Below are positions 54,882-64,000 of a DNA stretch of 64,000 bases, in pieces (position 1 is the stretch's first letter; every line of letters starts with the position of its first letter). This DNA comes from an uncultured bacterium (GTDB lineage Bacteria; Krumholzibacteriota; Krumholzibacteriia; JACNKJ01), in assembly GCA_963695095.1 (NCBI GenBank), contig CAVOFT010000001.1, positions 3,232,001-3,296,000 on the forward strand. Direction: 5' to 3'. The notes beneath the pieces were generated by a model. It made no database searches, had not been told where the DNA came from, and saw only the letters and a list, made by a program, of their open reading frames with translations. A program made the position numbers and the translations under genes.

Positions 54882-56456
54882 ATGGACTGGATCCGCCGGC
54901 TGTCATTGCTGAGCCTGTTGCTCTTCTACGCCGTTTTCCTGATGGGCGGACTCTGCAATTCCGATAGCGAGACCCCGACCGATCCGGGGAGCGAATGCGA
55001 AGCGTTCGAGCTCGCTCCCGACCTGACCCCGCCTCTCGTGCTGCTCTCCACGGGGGCAAACTGGCAGAGCGTCTGGGACATCGATGGGGAACCCGCTTAC
55101 AGCGTCTCCCTGGTCTCGGGCGCCCTGCCGCCGGGGCTGGGGGCCAGTATCGTGGGCGCTCAACTGAGTGTCATGGGGGCGATCAGCGAAGAAGGCTACT
55201 GGCAGTCTCGCTTGTGGATCTCGGATGACTGCCCCGATGGCAGCCAGGGCAAGAACCTGGATCTGAAGTTCCTGGCCATCGCTCCGGGCAACTGCCCGGC
55301 TATTACCTTGGCGGACTACGGCCCGCAGCTGCTCGCCCTCGACCACTTCATCACCGTCGAGCTCGACCTGGACGGTGGCTTCGGTGCCTACGAAGCCAGC
55401 CTGGTGTCCGGCTCCCTGCCGCCAGGCCTGACGCTCTTCGGGACCTTGCCCAATCTGCGCGGCACGCCGACGCTTGCGGGGACCTTCGACTTCAGGCTGC
55501 GCTTCGAGGACGACTGCCCGGACGCCAGTTCGGCTCGGCTATTCGACCTCAGCCTCGAGGTGTCCGCTGATCACTGCTATCCGCTGATTCCCGGGTCCTT
55601 GAACAAGACCGTCGGCGCTGTCGGCCACCGCTTCAGTAGCGCACTTCAAGTAACCGGTGGCAATCAACCTCTGAGTTATCAGATCGTCGATCCTGAGCAG
55701 CTGCCGCCCGGTCTCGCCCAGAGCGAGCAGACCCCTTCCTTCATCGCCGGCACGCCCACGACCAGCGGCGACTACAGCTTCACCATGCGCGCCAGCGATA
55801 GTTGCGAGCAGGGACCTCAAGCGGTCGAGGTGTTCTGCTCGATCAGCATCCTGCCCGGCGATGCGACTTGCGAGCCCCTGGCCGTCCTGGGCCTCGCCCC
55901 GAGCACGGTCATGGCTGGCGCGGACTACCTGGGCACCCTCGTAACCAGCGGCGGCACGGCCCCGCTCCGCGCCTTCTGGCGTGCCGAAGCGCTGCCCGCC
56001 GGTCTCTTCGTCGAGCATGATGCGCTCGAGATCACGGGGCGGCCGCTCTTTCCCGGCAGCTATACGATTACGGGCAGCCTGCTCGACGCCTGCCCCATCG
56101 GCGCCCAGAGTCTCCCCTACAGCGTGACGCTCACGGTGCTGGCGGCAGGCGCCGGGGAGTGCCTGCCCTTGCTCTACGACGATGCCGAGCTGCCCCTCGG
56201 CCTCCTGAATGTTCCCTACAGCACGACGCTGCAAGTCAGCGGCGGCGAAGCTCCCCTCGCCTGGACCCTGCTCGGGCTGAACGCGCCGGGGCTCAGCTTC
56301 AGCAACGGTAGCCTCAGCGGCACGCCTACCCAGACCGGTGACTTCACGCTGGACTGCTACGTCTACGACGCCTGCAGCCCCGAGCCCCAGGTCATCCACA
56401 TTCTCAAGCCCATTACCATCGGGTCGGGTCGCGTGGCCGCGGAAGGGACGCCCTAG
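54882..56456 (+). CDS. Lipoprotein with five tandem putative Ig (He_PIG-like) repeats
   Basis: GGAGG SD, lipobox MGGLC, repeats of LPPGL...GTPT..G.F.F with a paired Cys in each repeat. Confidence 0.8.
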   Translation: MDWIRRLSLLSLLLFYAVFLMGGLCNSDSETPTDPGSECEAFELAPDLTPPLVLLSTGANWQSVWDIDGEPAYSVSLVSGALPPGLGASIVGAQLSVMGAISEEGYWQSRLWISDDCPDGSQGKNLDLKFLAIAPGNCPAITLADYGPQLLALDHFITVELDLDGGFGAYEASLVSGSLPPGLTLFGTLPNLRGTPTLAGTFDFRLRFEDDCPDASSARLFDLSLEVSADHCYPLIPGSLNKTVGAVGHRFSSALQVTGGNQPLSYQIVDPEQLPPGLAQSEQTPSFIAGTPTTSGDYSFTMRASDSCEQGPQAVEVFCSISILPGDATCEPLAVLGLAPSTVMAGADYLGTLVTSGGTAPLRAFWRAEALPAGLFVEHDALEITGRPLFPGSYTITGSLLDACPIGAQSLPYSVTLTVLAAGAGECLPLLYDDAELPLGLLNVPYSTTLQVSGGEAPLAWTLLGLNAPGLSFSNGSLSGTPTQTGDFTLDCYVYDACSPEPQVIHILKPITIGSGRVAAEGTP

Positions 56457-56475
56457 TGGCTCCGGGCGCTGGCCT

Positions 56476-58395
<1,920 letters not shown>

Positions 58396-58470
58396 GGCCC
58401 TTTCCGATCGGCGCGGGGCCCGCGCCTCGCCGGCAGGCTAGCACCGGCCCCCGGCGGGCGCAAGAAGACG

Positions 58471-58500
58471 AGAACGGGCGGCCTCTTTCGAGACCGCCCG
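58471..58500 (-). terminator. Intrinsic terminator after thioredoxin
   Basis: Minus strand cgggcggtctc-gaaa-gaggccgcccg-ttct. Confidence 0.65.
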
Positions 58501-58550
58501 CCTCTTCCGCTTTCCTTTTGCAATCACAAGGGCTTAGAAGGCTGTGTCAG

Positions 58551-58877
58551 CTACAACACATGTTTTTCGATGCGATCCCTCAGGGTGAAGCGCGGTGGCA
58601 CGCCCGTGATCGTGTCCACCGGCCGCCCCTCCTGGAACACCAAGAGCGTCGGCACGCTCTGGATGTGATAGCGGATGGCGATCTGCCGGGCCTCATCCAC
58701 GTTCACCTTGACGAAGCGAACGCGACCGCCGAGGAGCTGATCGATCTCCACGAGGAGGGGCTCCATCGCCTTGCAAGGGGCGCACCAATCCGCCCAAAAA
58801 TCAACCAGGACAGGAACTTGCGAATCTCGGATGACACTGTCGAAGGTCTGGCTGCAGACGTCCTGGATGCCGGCCAT
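58551..58877 (-). CDS. trxA: Thioredoxin
   Basis: PVLVDFWADWCAPCK, KVNVDE, SVPTLLVF. Confidence 0.9.
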   Translation of the reverse strand: MAGIQDVCSQTFDSVIRDSQVPVLVDFWADWCAPCKAMEPLLVEIDQLLGGRVRFVKVNVDEARQIAIRYHIQSVPTLLVFQEGRPVDTITGVPPRFTLRDRIEKHVL

Positions 58878-59270
58878 GGATGAAACCTCGCTGCGCTGGG
58901 GAAGGCGATCACGGCCGGACAATAGCCTCGCGCCCGCCGTACCTGGCAAGGGGATTTTCCAAGGAAAATTCTCCGGGGCTTCATCAGCAATGTCGCCGGA
59001 CAAGTTCATGGACGGGGCCGGCTTAGCAGGCGGTGATAAGCCCTTTCTGCTGCCTGTTTAGGTGTCGCGGCGGGTATTAGAAATATCACCCCGTCACGAT
59101 CGCCCGCTTGCCCGCCAATCCCCTGCCCGGGCAGCACTTGTCGGCAGGCCGCTGCCGTGATATATCTTCCGGAACTTCGCAAGGGACCTGGCGTAAGGGC
59201 CCACGCTTTGGACTTCATTCCAATCCTAGAAAACACAGTCACTTAACCGCTAGCAGGGGTAGGCGTCCGC

Positions 59271-60254
59271 ATGGAGAGCAACTACGACGTCGAGGTGCTG
59301 AACGAACGCGTCGAGCGCGAGAGCCGCTTCGTGCGGGCGATCAGCGAGGAGCTGGGCAAGGTCATCGTGGGCCAGCACTACCTGGTCGACCGCCTGCTCA
59401 TCGGACTCCTCTGCGGCGGCCATGTGCTGCTCGAGGGCCTGCCCGGCCTGGCCAAGACCCTGGCCGTGAGCAGCCTCGCCGGCACGATCCGGGCGCAGTT
59501 CAAGCGCATCCAGTTCACGCCGGATCTGCTGCCCGCCGACCTGCTCGGCACGCAGATCTTCGACCCCAAGAGCGGCGGCTTCTCCACTCGCAAGGGCCCG
59601 ATCTTCGCCAACCTCATCCTGGCCGACGAGATCAACCGCGCGCCGGCCAAGGTGCAGAGCGCGCTGCTCGAGGCGATGCAGGAGCACCAGGTCACCCTCG
59701 GCGCCGAGACCCACCCCCTGCCCGAGCCCTTCCTCGTGCTCGCCACGCAGAATCCCATCGAGCAGGAGGGCACCTACCCGCTGCCCGAAGCGCAGGTCGA
59801 CCGCTTCATGCTCAAGGTGAAGGTGACCTACCCGACGCGCGCCGAGGAGAAGGAGATCCTCGCCCGCATGGGCGGCCTCGATGTGCCCAGCGTCCAGCCC
59901 GTGATCGAGCTGGAGCGCATCTTCGCGGCGCGGCAGCTCGTGGCCGAGCTCTTCATGGACGAGAAGGTGAAGGACTACATCATCAACCTGGTCTTCGCCA
60001 CGCGCGAGCCCGAGCGCGAACTCAAGGATCTGATCGCCTACGGCGCCAGTCCGCGCGCGACGCTCTATCTGGCGCGGGCCGCGCGCGCCCACGCCTTCCT
60101 GCGCGGGCGCGGCTACGTCACGCCGGAGGACGTCAAGAAGGTGGGCCTGGACGTGCTGCGCCACCGCATCATCGTCAGCTACGAGGCGGAGGCCGAAAAC
60201 CTGGACAGCGACGCCATCATCAGCCGCCTCTTCGACAGCGTCGAGGTGCCCTAG
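59271..60254 (+). CDS. moxR: MoxR-family AAA+ ATPase
   Basis: LEGLPGLAKT, RIQFTPDLLPAD, LADEINRAPAKVQSALLEAM, ATQNPIEQEGTYPLPEAQ. Confidence 0.93.
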   Translation: MESNYDVEVLNERVERESRFVRAISEELGKVIVGQHYLVDRLLIGLLCGGHVLLEGLPGLAKTLAVSSLAGTIRAQFKRIQFTPDLLPADLLGTQIFDPKSGGFSTRKGPIFANLILADEINRAPAKVQSALLEAMQEHQVTLGAETHPLPEPFLVLATQNPIEQEGTYPLPEAQVDRFMLKVKVTYPTRAEEKEILARMGGLDVPSVQPVIELERIFAARQLVAELFMDEKVKDYIINLVFATREPERELKDLIAYGASPRATLYLARAARAHAFLRGRGYVTPEDVKKVGLDVLRHRIIVSYEAEAENLDSDAIISRLFDSVEVP

Positions 60255-60259
60255 CCGCC

Positions 60260-62461
60260 ATGGCCGAGACCGAGCGCATTCCGCCCGAGATCCTGCGCAA
60301 GGTGCGCGCGATCGAGCTGTCCACTCGCCACCTGGTCGACGACTTCTTCGGCGGCGAGTACCACTCGGTCTTCAAGGGCACGGGCATGGAGTTCGACGAG
60401 GTGCGCGAGTACGCGCCCGGCGACGAGGTGCGCTCGATCGACTGGAACGTCACCGCGCGCATGGGCCGGCCTTTCATCAAGCGCTACCGCGAGGAGCGCG
60501 AGCTGACCGTGCTGCTGATGGTGGACGCCAGCGCCAGCGGCCTCTTCGGCAGCCGCACGCGCCTGAAGAGCGAGGTCATCGCCGAGGTGGCCAGCGTGCT
60601 CGCCTTCAGCGCCATCCGCAACCAGGACAAGGTGGGCTGCCTGATTTTCACCGATCGCGTGGAGATGTACATCCCCCCCGAGAAGGGCCACCGGCACGTC
60701 CTGCGCATCATCCGCGAGCTGCTCTACTTCAAGCCGGCGGGCAGCGGCACCGATCTGGCCGGGGCGCTCGAGACCGTGGGCCGCCTGCTCAAGCGCCGCG
60801 CGGTGATCTTCCTCGTGAGCGACTTCCTCGCCGAGAACTTCGAGACGCCCCTGCGCCTGGCGGCGCGCCGCCACGACCTGGTCGCCCTGAACATCCGCGA
60901 TCCGCTCGAGGCGAGCCTGCCCGACGTCGGCCTGCTGCAGGTCGCCGACGCCGAGACCGGCGAGCGCGTCTGGATCGATACCGGAGACCGCTGGGTGCGC
61001 CGGCATTTCAGCGAGGAGGCCGCTGCCGACAGCGCGCGGCTCAGTCAACTCTGCGCGCGCCACGGCGTGGATGAGATCCGACTGGACGCCAGCGAGGACT
61101 ACACGCGGCCCCTGGTGCAGTTCTTTCGGCGGCGGGCGAAGCGCCTGGCCAAGGGCTTCGGGCGCGCCGGCCGCGCCGGCGCCCGCGCCTGGCTGCCCCC
61201 TCTGCTGGCGGCTGCCCTGGCCTTCGGCAGCGTGGACGCGCTCGCCCAGCGGCCTACGGTGCCCCAGGCCCCACCCGGGCGGCCGGGCCCGCCCCCGGGG
61301 GCGGCGCCTGCCCAGATGGGCCCGGGCGCGGGCCCGCAAGGGCCCTCCTTCCCGGTCTTGCCCCGCGCCGCGCTCGAAGCGCTCGAGCTGCCCAGCCTCG
61401 CGGAGCTCACCGGCGGCGCCCGGCCCCGGCTCGACACCGTGCGCGCCGAGGGCATCGAGGTCCAGACGCGCCTGGCGCGCGACCTGCAGGCCGTCGGCGA
61501 GCGCAACGAGCTGCGCTGGCGCGTGCTGCTCGCCCCGGGCGCGCGCCTGGACAGCCTCGTCCTCGATCTGGGCGAGGCCCGTTCACTCCTGCCACTGCCG
61601 CCGCAGCTCGGCAACGCCGCCCTCGCCGAGGAACTCGCCAGCCGGCAGGCGGCGGGCGCCGCCATCGGCCTCGCCGACTTCCTCGCCGCCGACACCCTGC
61701 GCGGCGCCGGCGCCGACACGCTCGAGTACCGTCTCGCCTTCACCTGCGCGGTGCCGGACAGCTTCCTCATCCCCGCGCAGCTGCTGCGCTACCGCTTGGC
61801 GGGTGACACGGCGCCGCGCAGCCTGAACACGGCGCCCCTGGCGCTGGCCTGCCTGTCCACCTTGGCCAGCGGCCCTGACAGCAGCGCCCTGCGCGACTGG
61901 AAGGCGCCGGGCGTGCTGCGCGGCGACTGGCTGCGCCTCGCCGCGCGCTGGGGCCTGCCGATCGCCCTCCTGCTCTCCCTGCTGCTCTGGCTCCTCCTCT
62001 GGTATCGCCGCCGCCGGGCGGCGCGCCTGGCCCCGGCGGACCCGCCCGTGCCTGCCGATGAGGAGGCCCTCTCCGCGCTCGAGGCGCTGGCCCTGGCCGA
62101 CCTGCCCGCCCGCGGCGCCTTCGCCGACTACTACTTCGAGCTCTCGCGCATCCTGCGCCACTACCTGACGCGACGCTTCAGCCTGCCCTTCAGCGACTGG
62201 ACCCGCGAGGAGATCGAGAGCGCGCTGGCCGGCGGACCCGCCGGGCCGCGGCGCCTGTACCTGGACGCCGATCTGACGCAACCCCTGCTCGAGGATCTCG
62301 TGCGCGGCGATCTCGTCAAGTTCGCCCGCCGCGAGCCCACGCGCGCCGAATGCCTCGATTCGATGGCCGCCGCCCGCCGCCTGATCAAGGCGACCCGCCC
62401 GCTGGAGGAAGCGTCCGCGGCTGCCGCGCCCGCCGAGGCGCCCGGGGAGGCGGCGGCATGA
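60260..62461 (+). CDS. DUF58 (VWA-like) protein fused to a BatD/DUF4381-like membrane-anchored domain
   Basis: GEYHSVFKGTGMEFDEVREYAPGD..IDWNVTAR, EERELTV, LVSDFL; continues with no stop into a signal-like segment, TM helix and YYFELSRILRHYL..DLVKFAR. Confidence 0.8.
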   Translation: MAETERIPPEILRKVRAIELSTRHLVDDFFGGEYHSVFKGTGMEFDEVREYAPGDEVRSIDWNVTARMGRPFIKRYREERELTVLLMVDASASGLFGSRTRLKSEVIAEVASVLAFSAIRNQDKVGCLIFTDRVEMYIPPEKGHRHVLRIIRELLYFKPAGSGTDLAGALETVGRLLKRRAVIFLVSDFLAENFETPLRLAARRHDLVALNIRDPLEASLPDVGLLQVADAETGERVWIDTGDRWVRRHFSEEAAADSARLSQLCARHGVDEIRLDASEDYTRPLVQFFRRRAKRLAKGFGRAGRAGARAWLPPLLAAALAFGSVDALAQRPTVPQAPPGRPGPPPGAAPAQMGPGAGPQGPSFPVLPRAALEALELPSLAELTGGARPRLDTVRAEGIEVQTRLARDLQAVGERNELRWRVLLAPGARLDSLVLDLGEARSLLPLPPQLGNAALAEELASRQAAGAAIGLADFLAADTLRGAGADTLEYRLAFTCAVPDSFLIPAQLLRYRLAGDTAPRSLNTAPLALACLSTLASGPDSSALRDWKAPGVLRGDWLRLAARWGLPIALLLSLLLWLLLWYRRRRAARLAPADPPVPADEEALSALEALALADLPARGAFADYYFELSRILRHYLTRRFSLPFSDWTREEIESALAGGPAGPRRLYLDADLTQPLLEDLVRGDLVKFARREPTRAECLDSMAAARRLIKATRPLEEASAAAAPAEAPGEAAA

Positions 62462-63453
62462 TTGAGCGCTTCGTCTACCCGGCGGCCCTGGCGGCCCTCG
62501 CCCTGGTGCCCCTGCTCCTCGCCTGGCGCTGGTGGCGGCGGGACCGGCATCGCCTCGTCTTCACGGTGTCGGCAACGGCCCTGCATCGGCGGCAGGCCGG
62601 GCGCGGCCGCGTGGCCCTGCGCTACCTGCCCCCGGCGCTGCGCCTGACGGCCATCGCCCTGCTCGCCTTCGCGCTCGCGCGGCCCCAGGGCGGCACGCGC
62701 ACGCGTGAGGTGACCAGCGAGGGCGTGGACATCATCCTCACCCTGGACATCTCGACCTCGATGAAGGGCGAGGACTTCCGGCCGCGCAATCGCCTGGAGG
62801 AGGCCAAGGCCCAGGCCGCGGAGTTCATCGCCAAGCGCGAGAACGATCGCATCGGCCTGGTGCCCTTCGCCGGGCAGGCCTTCACGCAGTGTCCGCTGAC
62901 CCTCGATCACGGCCTGCTCGACCAGTTCCTCGGCCAGGTGAAGATGGGCGTCGTCGAGGACGGCACGGCCATCGGCAGCGCGCTGGCCACGGCCACCAAC
63001 CGCCTGCGCGAGTCCTCGGCCAAGAGCAAGGTGATCGTCCTGCTCACCGACGGCGACAACAATGCCGGCAGCGTCGATCCGCTCACGGCCGCCCGCGCCG
63101 CGGCGGCGATGGGCATCAAGATCTACACGATCGGCGTGGGCAAGGACGGCCGCGTGCCCTATCCCGTTGACGACATGCTCTTCGGCAAGCGCTACCAGTA
63201 CGTGATCTCCAACCTCGACGAGACGGTGCTGCGGGAGATCGCCGCCCTCACCCGCGGCCGCTACTTCCGCGCCGAGAGCAACGAGGCCCTCGCCCGCATC
63301 TACGCCGAGATCGACCAGCTCGAGCGCACGGAGGTGAGCAGCGTCGAGCGCGTGGACTACCATGAGGCCGGGCTGCGCTTCCTCCTGCCGGCGGTCCTGC
63401 TCCTGCTGCTCGAGTTCCTGCTCGCCCACACCCTGCTCCGGAGCGCGCTGTGA
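62458..63453 (+). CDS. batA: BatA VWA-domain protein
   Basis: ALARPQ, LDISTSM (MIDAS), DRIGLV, CPLTLDH, GTAIGSAL, LLTDGDNNAG. Confidence 0.88.
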   Translation: MIERFVYPAALAALALVPLLLAWRWWRRDRHRLVFTVSATALHRRQAGRGRVALRYLPPALRLTAIALLAFALARPQGGTRTREVTSEGVDIILTLDISTSMKGEDFRPRNRLEEAKAQAAEFIAKRENDRIGLVPFAGQAFTQCPLTLDHGLLDQFLGQVKMGVVEDGTAIGSALATATNRLRESSAKSKVIVLLTDGDNNAGSVDPLTAARAAAAMGIKIYTIGVGKDGRVPYPVDDMLFGKRYQYVISNLDETVLREIAALTRGRYFRAESNEALARIYAEIDQLERTEVSSVERVDYHEAGLRFLLPAVLLLLLEFLLAHTLLRSAL

Positions 63454-64000
63454 TGGCGGGGCTCCTCTTCGGCATGAGCTTCGGCGAGCCGCACTACCTG
63501 CTGCTGCTCTGGCTGCTGCCCGCGGCCTTGCTCGTCGCGCTGCTGGCCGGTCGCGCGCGGGAGCGGGCGCGGGCGCGCCTGGCCGATCCCGCGCTCCTGG
63601 CGCGCCTGGTGCCCGGCTTCAGCGCCGGGCGGCGGCGCTGGAAGCTCTTTCTCTTCCTGGCGGGCTTCGGGCTGGCGCTCTTCGCCCTCGCGCGGCCGCA
63701 GATCGGCTCCGATCTGCAGGAGGTCAAGCGGCGCGGCCTGGATGTGCTCGTCGCCCTGGACACGAGCAACAGCATGCTGGCCGAGGATCTCAAGCCCAAC
63801 CGCCTGGGCGCGGCCAAGCGCGAGGTGGAGGACCTCTTCCGGCTGCTGCGCGGCAATCGCCTGGGGCTCGTCACCTTCGCCGGCGAGAGCATCACGAGCT
63901 GCCCGCTCACCCTGGACGCCTCGGCGGCCACGCTGTTCCTCGACGGGGTCAGCGTGAACAGCGTGCCCGTCCCCGGCACGAATCTCGAGAAGGCCATCCG
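63453..64000 (+). CDS. batB: BatB VWA-domain protein, 3'-truncated by window edge
   Basis: TGATG coupling; ALARPQIG, GLDVLVALDTSNSMLAEDLKPNRL, GLVTFAG, CPLTLD, GTNLEKAI. Confidence 0.85.
   Translation, partial: MAGLLFGMSFGEPHYLLLLWLLPAALLVALLAGRARERARARLADPALLARLVPGFSAGRRRWKLFLFLAGFGLALFALARPQIGSDLQEVKRRGLDVLVALDTSNSMLAEDLKPNRLGAAKREVEDLFRLLRGNRLGLVTFAGESITSCPLTLDASAATLFLDGVSVNSVPVPGTNLEKAI

Noticed and set aside
58519..59246. IHF-like or att-like sequences (tcacaagggctta, acacagtcactta)
   Set aside because: Only partial matches to WATCAANNNNTTR, with no recombinase or tRNA nearby.
58878..59270. Replication origin
   Set aside because: No TTATCCACA-like DnaA box cluster and no dnaA/dnaN nearby.
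59108..60259. 5' extension of the 1117-aa ORF overlapping moxR
   Set aside because: Arg/Pro-rich off-frame read-through; the real protein starts at ATG 60260, just after the moxR stop.

Overview
A high-GC (about 70% by eye) bacterial chromosomal window with about 55 genes. No rRNA, tRNA, CRISPR array, integrase or transposase was seen. Six secreted proteins carry an FlgD-Ig/T9SS-like C-terminal domain and two carry a short S-[WF]-[SG]-x-[IV]-K-x-L-Y tail. Together with a moxR-DUF58-batA-batB operon, this suggests an FCB-affiliated lineage such as Krumholzibacteriota, Eisenbacteria or Latescibacterota (inference). Main contents: a Thermotoga-type RNase Z; a COG2403 P-loop protein (candidate arginine synthetase); an adjacent pair of apparent pseudo-enzymes (macro+CHAT, and TAG/HhH-FeS); three tandem thermolysin-like metalloproteases; a P3-less Moco/Wco riboswitch before moaA; a pgaDCAB-like PNAG locus; two GSDH-family dehydrogenases; a two-component system; megL-nfu; msbA; trxA; and the bat operon. 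The most striking non-coding signal is six extragenic hairpins with a conserved 18-nt core (GCGCCTGTG[A/C]AGCGGCGC), variable but complementary outer arms, and a strong orientation bias at gene 3' ends. Also seen: three parS-like TTGYCACGTGRC[A/G]A palindromes, pervasive leaderless-type promoters, and four apparent single-G insertions that are probably assembly errors.
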